Part shown: positions 8,118 through 16,465 of the stretch, in pieces
How the letters are laid out: each line of letters begins with the position of its first letter
Numbering within the stretch: the first letter of the stretch is position 1
Source of the DNA: an uncultured archaeon
Lineage (GTDB): Archaea; Iainarchaeota; Iainarchaeia; Iainarchaeales; DTGL01
DNA: 27,883 nucleotides
Reading direction: 5' to 3'
Assembly (NCBI GenBank): GCA_964551725.1
Contig: CAZKED010000017.1
Location: 1 to 27,883 of the forward strand
Made by a program: the position numbers and the translations under genes
The notes under the pieces: generated by a model
Databases searched by the model: none
What the model saw: the letters and a program-made list of their open reading frames with translations, nothing else
Told to the model about the DNA's origin: nothing

Positions 8118-9919
8118 TTTTGTCCACCCCCTTTGTTTTTTCCCTTCACTTCTTTTTTTGCTTTCCCAGCCGCTTTTCCCCCGGATTCCTTTTTTAGTCC
8201 CTCGAATTCCTTTTTTATCTGCTCTCTCAGCGCTTTTACTTCGCCGTGAAATTTTTTCTCCGGCAGGCTTTTCAGCCTTGAAATTTTTTCAATCGAATTG
8301 AAACCGCTGATTTTTTTTGCGTCAACTTCTTCCAGTTCTTCTGCAAGTTCCTGGAAGTAAAGGATTATGTCCATCATTGCAAACTGCTTTTTTAGCGCGC
8401 AGTAGGTGTCGATTTCGTGGAAAGCGCTCTGCTGCAAGAAGTCCTCCCTCACCATTCTCGCTATCTCCAGCGTGAGGCGCTCCCTTTCCGGCAGCGCGTC
8501 AGGACCTATAATCTGCACTATTTCCTGCAGTTCGGCTTCCTTTTGAAGCAGAGCCATTGCCCTGCCCCGCAGTTCCGGCCAGCGCTTGTCCACGTTCTCC
8601 TGCAGCCATGCGCTCGTTTCGTCAATGTAAAGAGAGTAGGAATTAAGCCAGTTAATGGAGGGAAAGTGCCTCCTTTCGCTCAGCGCGGAATCAAGAGCCC
8701 AGAAAACCTTTGTAATGCGCAGAGTGTTCTGCGTAACGGGCTCGGAGAAATCCCCGCCCGGTGGCGACACGGCGCCTATTGCCGAAACCGATCCTGTTTT
8801 TCCGCTCAGGGTTCTGACCCTTCCGGCCCTTTCGTAGAATTCCGCCAGCCGCGTTCCCAAATAAGCGGGATATCCTTCCTCGCCCGGCATTTCCTCGAGG
8901 CGCGAGGAAACCTCGCGCAGTGCTTCGGCCCACCTTGAAGTGGAATCAGCCATTAGTGCGACGTCAAATCCCTGGTCCCTGTAATATTCGGCAATCGTAA
9001 TGCCAGTGTAGATTGACGCTTCCCTTGCCGCCACAGGCATGTTTGAAGTGTTTGCTATAAGAACAGTGCGCTTCATGAGCGGCTTTCCTGTTTTGGGGTC
9101 CACGAGCTTGGGGAATTCAGTGAGCACGTCAGTCATTTCATTTCCGCGCTCACCACAACCCACGTACACTATTATGTCGGCTTCAGCCCATTTTGCAAGC
9201 TGGTGCTGCATTACCGTTTTTCCCGAGCCAAAAGGTCCGGGAATGCTTGCCGCGCCCCCTTTCGGCACGGGAAAGAAAAAGTCCACGATTCGCTGTCCTG
9301 TTGTCAGCAAATCCGAGGGAGTCAGCTTTTCGGCGTAGGGGCGCTTCTTTTTCACAGGCCAGCGCTGCATCATTTTTATCTGCGTGCTTCCGACTTTTGC
9401 AATTGTTTCCTCTAGGGTGAAGTCCCCTTCTTTCAGTCCGGAAATTTTTCCGCTGATTCCTATGGGAACAATGATTTTGTGGGTTGTTGTTTCCGTTTCC
9501 CTCACGCTGCCTATTATTGACCCTTCTTTCACTTCCGTTCCGTTTTTTACGGAGGGCTTGAAGTGCCATTTCTTTTTCCTGTCGAGGGCTGGTGCCTCTA
9601 TTCCGCGGGCAATAAAGTCGCCGCTTTTCCGCCTTATTATTTCCAGCGGTCTTTGAATGCCGTCGTAAATCGCGCCCAGCAACCCCGGTCCCAGTTCAAG
9701 CGAGAGAGGCATTCCCGTTCCGAGTACTGGTTCGCCGGGCATTATTCCGCCTGTTTCCTCGTACACCTGGATTGTTGCAATGTCCTTTTCAAGCCGTATA
9801 ACTTCACCAATGAGTTTTTCCTTTCCGACCCTCACAACGTCGTTTATCTTTGCACCATTCATGTTTTTTGCTTCAACGACCGGACCGGAAATTCTTGCGA
9901 TAACTCCTTTCACTTCCAT
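8114..9919 (-). CDS. atpA: A/V-type ATP synthase subunit A (catalytic), no intein
   Basis: P-loop [43 protein letters not shown]. Confidence 0.98.
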   Translation of the reverse strand: MEVKGVIARISGPVVEAKNMNGAKINDVVRVGKEKLIGEVIRLEKDIATIQVYEETGGIMPGEPVLGTGMPLSLELGPGLLGAIYDGIQRPLEIIRRKSGDFIARGIEAPALDRKKKWHFKPSVKNGTEVKEGSIIGSVRETETTTHKIIVPIGISGKISGLKEGDFTLEETIAKVGSTQIKMMQRWPVKKKRPYAEKLTPSDLLTTGQRIVDFFFPVPKGGAASIPGPFGSGKTVMQHQLAKWAEADIIVYVGCGERGNEMTDVLTEFPKLVDPKTGKPLMKRTVLIANTSNMPVAAREASIYTGITIAEYYRDQGFDVALMADSTSRWAEALREVSSRLEEMPGEEGYPAYLGTRLAEFYERAGRVRTLSGKTGSVSAIGAVSPPGGDFSEPVTQNTLRITKVFWALDSALSERRHFPSINWLNSYSLYIDETSAWLQENVDKRWPELRGRAMALLQKEAELQEIVQIIGPDALPERERLTLEIARMVREDFLQQSAFHEIDTYCALKKQFAMMDIILYFQELAEELEEVDAKKISGFNSIEKISRLKSLPEKKFHGEVKALREQIKKEFEGLKKESGGKAAGKAKKEVKGKNKGGGQK

Positions 9920-9935
9920 TAAAAAACCCTCCTTT

Positions 9936-10253
9936 TTAAACGTCGCTTTTTGCTCCCGTAGCGCTTTTTGTGATTGTTTCCAGTATGCCGCGCTCTATTT
10001 TTTCCTTTCCCGCGGGAATCTCCAAAACCATGGGCTTCCTGTGCTCCTCTATAAACCTCGCCAGTTCCCTCCTTATTTTTTCGCAGGAGCCGTCCACTAT
10101 TACGAGCCCTATGCCCTCATCTGCCGCGAGGCTTTCGAACTGTTCCAGCAAACCGTCCTTTTCCTCCGCGGCAACGATTTTCTTTTTCACTCCGGCAAGC
10201 CCGAAGCCGAGCACGGTCTGCCTCTTTCCAAGCACGGCAATTTCCATTTTCAC
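9936..10253 (-). CDS. atpF: A/V-type ATP synthase subunit F
   Basis: [15 protein letters not shown] motif, P.VLEIP motif, size and position. The start may be ATG 10247. Confidence 0.93.
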   Translation of the reverse strand: MKMEIAVLGKRQTVLGFGLAGVKKKIVAAEEKDGLLEQFESLAADEGIGLVIVDGSCEKIRRELARFIEEHRKPMVLEIPAGKEKIERGILETITKSATGAKSDV

Positions 10254-11383
10254 ACACCTATTGCGAGTTTTTTTATTTCTTCCTTCGGTATTCCCTCCGC
10301 TATGCCGTTCAAGATCGTTTTCAGGTTCCTTATCTCGTATTCCTTGAGCACCAGGTATGATGCGATGAGCGTCAGCCCGAAAGGCTGCTGTATGAACATG
10401 TTCCTCACTTTTACGAGGTAGTATTCGTCTATTGCCTTTTCTATGGGGTAGAGTTTTTTGTCTTTTGCGTAGTTGCGCGAAGCATCGGTCAGGAGCTCGT
10501 AGTAGGGCGTGCCCTCGAGGTTGGAAATGGCGGAAGCGATGTCCCTTGATTCCGCCAGCATTTCCGCCTTTTTTTCCGTAAGGGAAAAATTGTTTTTCAC
10601 CATAAGCTCTTTTGTTTTTTCAGGGCTCAAACCTTCGTGTATGCAGCGCAGCGCTATTTTGATGTTGAGCAGGTCAACCTGCATTCCGTATATTTTTTTG
10701 AGGTTCCTTTCGTCGCCGAGTATTGACGCGTTTCTCACAAACTCCATTATTTTTCTTTTGTTCATGAGTTTCTCGTACAAGTACTTGTCGAGCATTTTTT
10801 CGTATTCCACTGCGGAAGCGTTCGCGGGAGCGCCCTGCACGAATTCCCTGTAGCGGGTGGCTTTGAGGAGTTCAATCACCTCGGAAACGCTTCCCGCGTC
10901 CCTGAGCTTGCGCATGAAGGACTCGGACAGCGGTGCTGGATAAAGCCAGCCCACTTCCCCGCCTGTTTCCTTTGCAGCAATTATTCTCTTAATATTCTCT
11001 ATATCATAGCGTGCGCTCACCATTTTGAAGAAGGGCGTGGCTTTATTAGGGCTCATTGAAACGATTTTCTTGTAGTCCGTTGCAAGGTTTAATGCGAGAG
11101 AGCGCTCTATTTCCTTCAGTTCCTTTTTTCCGGAAACGAATTCCTCGTAGGTGGAACCCTCAAAGGAAGCGATGACGTCCTTGTAGTTCATTGCCTCTAT
11201 GAGTTCCCTTATTTTGTTCTCTCTCACCATTTTTCCCGACATCACGCGGATTCTTGCAGCCGAATAGGCGTAGGAAGCAATCGGCATTACCTGCCGCATG
11301 TAGTATGCCACGAAAATTCCCGCTCCGCCTATTGCGCCGAGCAGGAAATATCCCAGCATGGGTGTGCCGGCAAGATTCAGCAT
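10250..11383 (-). CDS. atpC: A/V-type ATP synthase subunit C with N-terminal hydrophobic helix
   Basis: YAYSAARIR, YDIENIK, LEGTPY, KEYEIRNLK motifs and position between E and F. Confidence 0.93.
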   Translation of the reverse strand: MLNLAGTPMLGYFLLGAIGGAGIFVAYYMRQVMPIASYAYSAARIRVMSGKMVRENKIRELIEAMNYKDVIASFEGSTYEEFVSGKKELKEIERSLALNLATDYKKIVSMSPNKATPFFKMVSARYDIENIKRIIAAKETGGEVGWLYPAPLSESFMRKLRDAGSVSEVIELLKATRYREFVQGAPANASAVEYEKMLDKYLYEKLMNKRKIMEFVRNASILGDERNLKKIYGMQVDLLNIKIALRCIHEGLSPEKTKELMVKNNFSLTEKKAEMLAESRDIASAISNLEGTPYYELLTDASRNYAKDKKLYPIEKAIDEYYLVKVRNMFIQQPFGLTLIASYLVLKEYEIRNLKTILNGIAEGIPKEEIKKLAIGV

Positions 11384-11387
11384 TCGC

Positions 11388-11957
11388 TCACCTCAGTTCC
11401 TCCAGGAGTTCTTTTTTGAGTTCGCTCTTCTCTTCCCTGAGCAGGGCTGAGAACGTGCAGTCCACTTTTATTTTCCCGTTCGCCGACTGGACTATTGCGC
11501 CTGTCTTCACTGCCTCACTGGCTTTCAGTCTCACTTTTTTTCCCTTCGCTTTCCGTATTCTGATTTTTTCCGTGTCTTCTTTTGACGCGAGCACTGTAAC
11601 GCTGTTGGAAGGGATTTCCTCAACCGCGGCGTTCGCGAGCGAGTTCAGTTTTTCCGCGTATCCCGTCCGGTCCCTCAATTCGGTGATTCTCTCCTCCGCT
11701 GAACTTATTGCTCTTTCCATCAGCGAGTCTAAGAGCATTGCTTTCTCTTTTTTCGCCTGTAGTTTTGCCGCTGCGATTGCCCTCTCTTTCTCCAGTACTG
11801 CCTCCTTTTCCGCTTTTTCCGTGCTTTCGGCGATTATTTCGCCTGCTTCCCTGCGCGCTTTTTCCTGTATTCTGTTCACTTCGCTGTCTCTCCCGCGCTC
11901 TATTTCGGCGAGGCGCTTTTTGGTGTCCGCCTTTATTTTTTCGATTATTCCGTCCAT
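11388..11957 (-). CDS. atpE: A/V-type ATP synthase subunit E
   Basis: Charged coiled-coil N-terminus, C-terminal 'GAIVQSANGKIKVDCTF', operon position. Confidence 0.9.
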   Translation of the reverse strand: MDGIIEKIKADTKKRLAEIERGRDSEVNRIQEKARREAGEIIAESTEKAEKEAVLEKERAIAAAKLQAKKEKAMLLDSLMERAISSAEERITELRDRTGYAEKLNSLANAAVEEIPSNSVTVLASKEDTEKIRIRKAKGKKVRLKASEAVKTGAIVQSANGKIKVDCTFSALLREEKSELKKELLEELR

Positions 11958-12001
11958 TCACACCAACTTTTTTTTCATTCCTCCTTTCGCGTGCAGCGGG
12001 C

Positions 12002-12262
12002 TCAGAAGATACCGAGCCCGGCAGCAACCACGAAAATTATCAGTATTGCTATAACAAACCCGTAGATTGCCTGTGTTTCGGGCAATGCAACCATTGTCAG
12101 CATTTTTCCGAAAGAGTAGTCCTTTTCTGCCACTCCGCCGGCTGCTGCGGCTGCCGCCATTCCCTGCCCCATTCCGGAGCCGGCTGCGGCAATACCTATT
12201 GCAAGTCCCGCGCCAACCATTATCAATCCGAGGCCTGTTACGAGTGCCGGGTCAGCAACCAT
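12002..12262 (-). CDS. atpK: A/V-type ATP synthase proteolipid subunit K (c), single hairpin
   Basis: 86 aa with two TM helices, GSGMGQG and LPETQAIYG motifs, SD GGAGGTGA. Confidence 0.96.
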   Translation of the reverse strand: MVADPALVTGLGLIMVGAGLAIGIAAAGSGMGQGMAAAAAAGGVAEKDYSFGKMLTMVALPETQAIYGFVIAILIIFVVAAGLGIF

Positions 12263-14215
12263 TCACTTCACCTCCTTTCTTTTAGTCAGTTCCCTTTTGA
12301 CATGGAAAGGGCTGAATTCCTTTCCGGTTCCTTCGTAAAAGTATGAAAAGAATTCCACGCAGTGCAGCCTGAAAGGGTGAATGAAAGAGCTGAGCAAATT
12401 GAAAAGGAAATTAGCGAAATGCCCGAACAAAAGGAGCAATGCCGCCACAATCCAGCCCACAAAGGGAATGCCCGCGAGAAGCATTGCAAGCCTGTTGATC
12501 GACATTGCAATCGCAAAGGTCGCGAGCCCGAGTGCAACAAGCCTCAGATAGGAGAGCACGTTCCCGAGGTAGCCCGTAACCTTCATCAGCCCGAGCGGAC
12601 CGCCGCCCCAGAACAGGAGCAGAAGTGTCAGACCAATCAAAAGCAGCCCCCACTGGAAGAAAACGCTTCCAGAGCCGCCGAAAAGGAGCATTGCGGCGCC
12701 GAGCAAAATCACCCCGCCCTGCAGTATTATCCACGAAAATTTTTCAGTGAGCGCTTTTTTGAATTCCCTCTTCCTCAGCATTTCCCTTGTCCCGATTATT
12801 ATCCCGAGGTTGAGGTGCATTATTCCTATGAAAACAACTATTGCGAGAAATATTTTCGCACCTTCCGAACTCAATGCGTCAATCAAAGCGAACTTTTTCG
12901 CGATTCCGCCGAAGTCCCCGAAGAAGGAACCGAAAACCACGCCGAACAGCGCTGTAAAAATCCCGCCGTGCCACAAAATGTTGGTGAGGTGCAGGAAGCC
13001 CTCGTCCTTTCTCCCCAGCGTGAGCCGCAGGAACACGCCCATTGCAATAAGCATCAGCCCGTAGCCGATGTCCGAAAAAGCCAGCCCGAAGAAAACAGGG
13101 AACACCACCGAGATAAAAAGCGTGGGGTCAATTGCGTTGTATTCCGGCAGGCCGTACATTCTGAGAATGTATTCGTAATCCCGCACGAAAGCGGGATTCC
13201 TCAGCTTTATGGGCGCTTCCTCCTCCCTGAAAGGCATTTCTTCCAAATGATACCGGTTCCCTGTTTTGTCGCGGAGAATTTTCCTGAATTCGGCGGTCTT
13301 TTTCAGCGGAACGAACGCGTAAAAAGAGGCTGTTTTTTCCGTTTTGCCGAAAGAGGACAGCGCATGGCTCCTCGATTTTTCTATTTCAAGCAATTCCTGG
13401 AAAACGAGCACTTTTTCCGTGTTTTTTTTGGCCATTTTTCTGGCTTTCCCTGTTTCCGCCTCTTTTTTCCTCTCCAGTTTTTTTATTTCCCCGCTGATTT
13501 TCGGAATGAGCCCGCGGGCTTTCCCCATGTAGTCGGGAATGGCTATCCTGTCAAAGCCGATTTTCCTGAGTTCGCGCATGAGTGCTTCGGCTTTTTCCGT
13601 TTCCGCGGAAACCAGTGCGATTTTTTCCTTTTCGCCTATTGTTTTGAGAACTCTTGAGTTCTCCGTTTCACTTACCTTTTTGCACAGCGCCTCTTCGAGT
13701 TCGGGCGGAATCCTGCCCACGATTACCTCAATCCTTTCAAAGCCGTGAAGGAACTCCATTTCGATGTCGAGTTCCTTTATGCTTTCGAGCACTGCCTTTT
13801 CCTCTTCCAGGGCGGACTTTTTTTCCTCTATTTCCTTGAGAGTCCTGTCAAGTTTCTCAACGCTCTCCGCGAGCGGGGAGATAAATGATTCGGCTCTTCT
13901 CCTGAGCTGCGCGAAGGATTTGGGCTCCTGTTCCCGGCGCGGCTTCCTGCAGAACAGAAAGTTCCGGGCTGTTTCCCCGAGGTTTGCCGCAGCGCGGTGC
14001 GCGTTGAAAAAGTTAAGTATTCTTTTGGTTTTGGTGAGATGGAAGGATGCAAACTTTTCCCTCTCGCTTATCTCAAAGGGCTCCAGTCCATGCTCTTCAA
14101 GGTTAACTTTCCTTATTTCAATCAGTTCCTCTTCGTGCAGTTCGCCGAGCACTTCCTGCAGCCGCTCCTGCAGAAAAACAACAGAGAACTTGTTGAATTT
14201 TACCGGTTTAAGCAT
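12263..14215 (-). CDS. atpI: A/V-type ATP synthase subunit I (a)
   Basis: YGLP.Y..IDPT, FFGLAFSDIGYG, essential-Arg motif LSYLRLVALGLA, RLHCVEFF. Confidence 0.97.
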   Translation of the reverse strand: MLKPVKFNKFSVVFLQERLQEVLGELHEEELIEIRKVNLEEHGLEPFEISEREKFASFHLTKTKRILNFFNAHRAAANLGETARNFLFCRKPRREQEPKSFAQLRRRAESFISPLAESVEKLDRTLKEIEEKKSALEEEKAVLESIKELDIEMEFLHGFERIEVIVGRIPPELEEALCKKVSETENSRVLKTIGEKEKIALVSAETEKAEALMRELRKIGFDRIAIPDYMGKARGLIPKISGEIKKLERKKEAETGKARKMAKKNTEKVLVFQELLEIEKSRSHALSSFGKTEKTASFYAFVPLKKTAEFRKILRDKTGNRYHLEEMPFREEEAPIKLRNPAFVRDYEYILRMYGLPEYNAIDPTLFISVVFPVFFGLAFSDIGYGLMLIAMGVFLRLTLGRKDEGFLHLTNILWHGGIFTALFGVVFGSFFGDFGGIAKKFALIDALSSEGAKIFLAIVVFIGIMHLNLGIIIGTREMLRKREFKKALTEKFSWIILQGGVILLGAAMLLFGGSGSVFFQWGLLLIGLTLLLLFWGGGPLGLMKVTGYLGNVLSYLRLVALGLATFAIAMSINRLAMLLAGIPFVGWIVAALLLLFGHFANFLFNLLSSFIHPFRLHCVEFFSYFYEGTGKEFSPFHVKRELTKRKEVK

Positions 14216-14516
14216 TCAGCAACCTCTTGAACACCTTTTCCCTCATTGAGACGGTTTTTTTAACGCCCCTTTCGCTTATTTCGGCTCTTTCCTTGCGCGC
14301 TTTCTGCGCGATTTTTTCCGCTTCCTTTTTTCCCTCTTCCCTGCCCCTGTTCAATATTTCCGCTTTCTTTTTTCTGCCTTCTTCCCTTGCGTTTTTGAGC
14401 GTTTCGCCCGCGCTGGCACGGGCCTTTTCAATCGCTTCCGCTCGGCTCTTTTCCATTCTTTCAATAATCAGGGCGCTCTCCCTTTCAAGCGACTTTATTT
14501 CCTTCAGTATCTCCAC
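14208..14516 (-). CDS. atpH: A/V-type ATP synthase subunit H (G-like peripheral stalk)
   Basis: GTG start at 14516 preceded by SD GAGGTGAG. 'EILKEIKSLERES..II..' E/K/A-rich coiled coil, first gene of the operon, overlaps the atpI start. Confidence 0.85.
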   Translation of the reverse strand: MEILKEIKSLERESALIIERMEKSRAEAIEKARASAGETLKNAREEGRKKKAEILNRGREEGKKEAEKIAQKARKERAEISERGVKKTVSMREKVFKRLLNA

Positions 14517-14550
14517 AGGCTCACCTCTGGGGCTTCCACAAAAGAAAGGC

Positions 14551-14667
14551 GTAAATATAACCAGACAGCGCAAATGTTTTTAAAAATTGCTCAAAACAAC
14601 GATTATTCTGATATGAATATTTGGCTTTTCTGAGGCGTTTTAAACCAAAAAAAGATTGTTTTTTAAA
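14551..14667. promoter_or_regulatory. Divergent promoter region for the ATP synthase operon and argS
   Basis: TTATATTT on the minus strand (14553-14560) upstream of atpH, and TTTTAAA on the plus strand (14661-14667) about 25 nt before the argS ATG. Confidence 0.6.
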
Positions 14668-14689
14668 GAGTTTAACCCCTATCTTTCCG

Positions 14690-16393
14690 ATGGATGCAAA
14701 AAAAGAGCTTTCCAAAGCGCTCTCTAAAAAAACAGGGCTGAACGAAAGGGAAATAATGGACCTTTTCGAAGTCCCGCCCAAGAAAGAATTCGGCGATTTG
14801 GCGTTTCCCTGCTTCACGCTCGCTTCCCGGGAAAAAAAGCTGGCTCAGACCGCAAAGGAGATTGCCGGCAGAGTGGAACTCCCCAGGGGAATAAAGAACG
14901 CGAAAGCGCTCGGGTCCTACGTGAACTTCTTTTTCGACGAAGCCGTTCTTTCGGAGGCAACGCTCAAAGCCGTGCTCAGGGAAAAGGAAAAGTACGGAGC
15001 GCCGGAGGAAAAGCCCGAGAAAATACTGGTTGAATATTCCGCGCCGAATGCCAACAAGCCCCTGCATCTCGGGCATCTCAGAAACGGCAGCATAGGGATG
15101 GCTCTCTCCAGAATACTCGAATTTGCGGGCAACAAAGTTATTAAGGCAAACCTCATAAACGACCGCGGCATTCACATCTGCCAGGCAATGCTCTCCTTGC
15201 AGAAATTCGGCAGGGGAAAGACGCCCCAAAGCACAGGAAAAAAGGGCGACAAATTTGTCGGCGATTATTATGTTAAATTCAACGAGGAAGTAAAAAAGAA
15301 CCCCGCAATAAACGACGAGGCAGCCGAGCTGTTGAAGAAATGGGAAGCCAAAGACCCTGAAACAAGAAAGCAGTGGAAAAAAATGCGCTCATGGGTTCTC
15401 AAGGGCTTTATGGAAACATATGCGGAATACGGCTCAGAGTTTGACGAGGTCTTCTTCGAATCCGACTTTTATGAAAAGGCAAAACCGCTCATAGACCTCG
15501 GTCTCAGGAAAGGCGTTTTTGAAAAAAACGACGGAGGCACAGTCATCGCAAAGCTCGGCAAGTATGGCCTTCCCGACAAGGCGGTGCTGAGAGCGGACGG
15601 CACGAGCATTTACCTCACGTTCGACCTCGCGCTGACAAAGCACAAGCAGGAAGCATTCAATCTCGACCAGAACATATGGGTTGTGGCAAACGAGCAGAAC
15701 CTTTACTTCAAGCAGTTGTTCAAAATAATGGAACTGCTGGGCTTCAAGTGGGCGGAAAACTGCGAGCACCTCAATTACGGGCTGGTGCATTTGCCCGAGG
15801 GAAGAATGAAGTCCCGCGAGGGGAAAGTAATCGACGCGGACGACCTTATCACGGACATGAAGAAACTGGCGGAAGAGGAAATAAGAAAAAGGCACGCCAA
15901 TCTTTCGGAAGAGGAAGTGCGCAAAAGGGCAAAATCAATCGCGCTTGCGGCAATAAATTTTTCAATGCTCCGAATCGACCACAGGAAAAATTTCACTTTC
16001 CGCGCAGAAGAATCCCTTTCCTTCGAGGGCGAGTCAGGGCCGTACCTCCAATACGCTTATGCGCGCGCAAAAAGCATACTCAGGAAAGCGGGAAAAAGAA
16101 GCGGCAGGGTCAATTTCGCCCTTCTCTCCGGCGCAAAAGAAAAGGAAATCGTTAAACTTCTCAGCGAATTTCCAGCCGTAATCCAGCATGTCGTGAAAAC
16201 CCGCGAAATTCACTCACTCTGCCATTTCTTGCTCGGGCTCGCGGAGGAATTCAACTCCTTTTACCACGAAGAGCCCGTGCTGAAGGCGCCGCCCGGGAAG
16301 AGGGAGGCGAGGCTCGCGCTCGTCGAGGCATTCTCCACAGTCCTCTCCACCGGTTTGCAGCTTCTAAACATTCCGGTAATAGGGAGAATGTAA
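14690..16393 (+). CDS. argS: Arginyl-tRNA synthetase
   Basis: FGDLAFPCF, EYSAPNANKPLHLGHLRN (HIGH motif), MKSREG, FEGESGPYLQYAYAR, C-terminal RM. ATG 14690 chosen from TATA spacing. Confidence 0.97.
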   Translation: MDAKKELSKALSKKTGLNEREIMDLFEVPPKKEFGDLAFPCFTLASREKKLAQTAKEIAGRVELPRGIKNAKALGSYVNFFFDEAVLSEATLKAVLREKEKYGAPEEKPEKILVEYSAPNANKPLHLGHLRNGSIGMALSRILEFAGNKVIKANLINDRGIHICQAMLSLQKFGRGKTPQSTGKKGDKFVGDYYVKFNEEVKKNPAINDEAAELLKKWEAKDPETRKQWKKMRSWVLKGFMETYAEYGSEFDEVFFESDFYEKAKPLIDLGLRKGVFEKNDGGTVIAKLGKYGLPDKAVLRADGTSIYLTFDLALTKHKQEAFNLDQNIWVVANEQNLYFKQLFKIMELLGFKWAENCEHLNYGLVHLPEGRMKSREGKVIDADDLITDMKKLAEEEIRKRHANLSEEEVRKRAKSIALAAINFSMLRIDHRKNFTFRAEESLSFEGESGPYLQYAYARAKSILRKAGKRSGRVNFALLSGAKEKEIVKLLSEFPAVIQHVVKTREIHSLCHFLLGLAEEFNSFYHEEPVLKAPPGKREARLALVEAFSTVLSTGLQLLNIPVIGRM

Positions 16394-16432
16394 TTCCCTG
16401 GCGCCCATGCGGCGCTCCGAAACGGGCTAAGC

Positions 16433-16439
16433 TATAAAA
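16433..16439 (+). promoter_or_regulatory. TATA box for the RelA/SpoT-like gene (leaderless spacing)
   Basis: TATAAAA ends 26 nt before ATG 16466. Confidence 0.55.
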
Positions 16440-16465
16440 CAATTGTGCAGGAATAATATAGTGCT

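Noticed and set aside
8114-9919. Intein in ATP synthase subunit A
   Set aside because: The length is normal and the P-loop region is uninterrupted.
12362-13657. 431-aa antisense ORF and other long antisense or shadow ORFs over atp, argS, leuS and alaS
   Set aside because: They lie opposite well-conserved genes and have no motifs. They are expected by-products of codon bias.
14517-14689. Extended starts for atpH (14573) and argS (14621)
   Set aside because: The extensions cover promoter DNA. The SD and TATA positions support 14516 and 14690.
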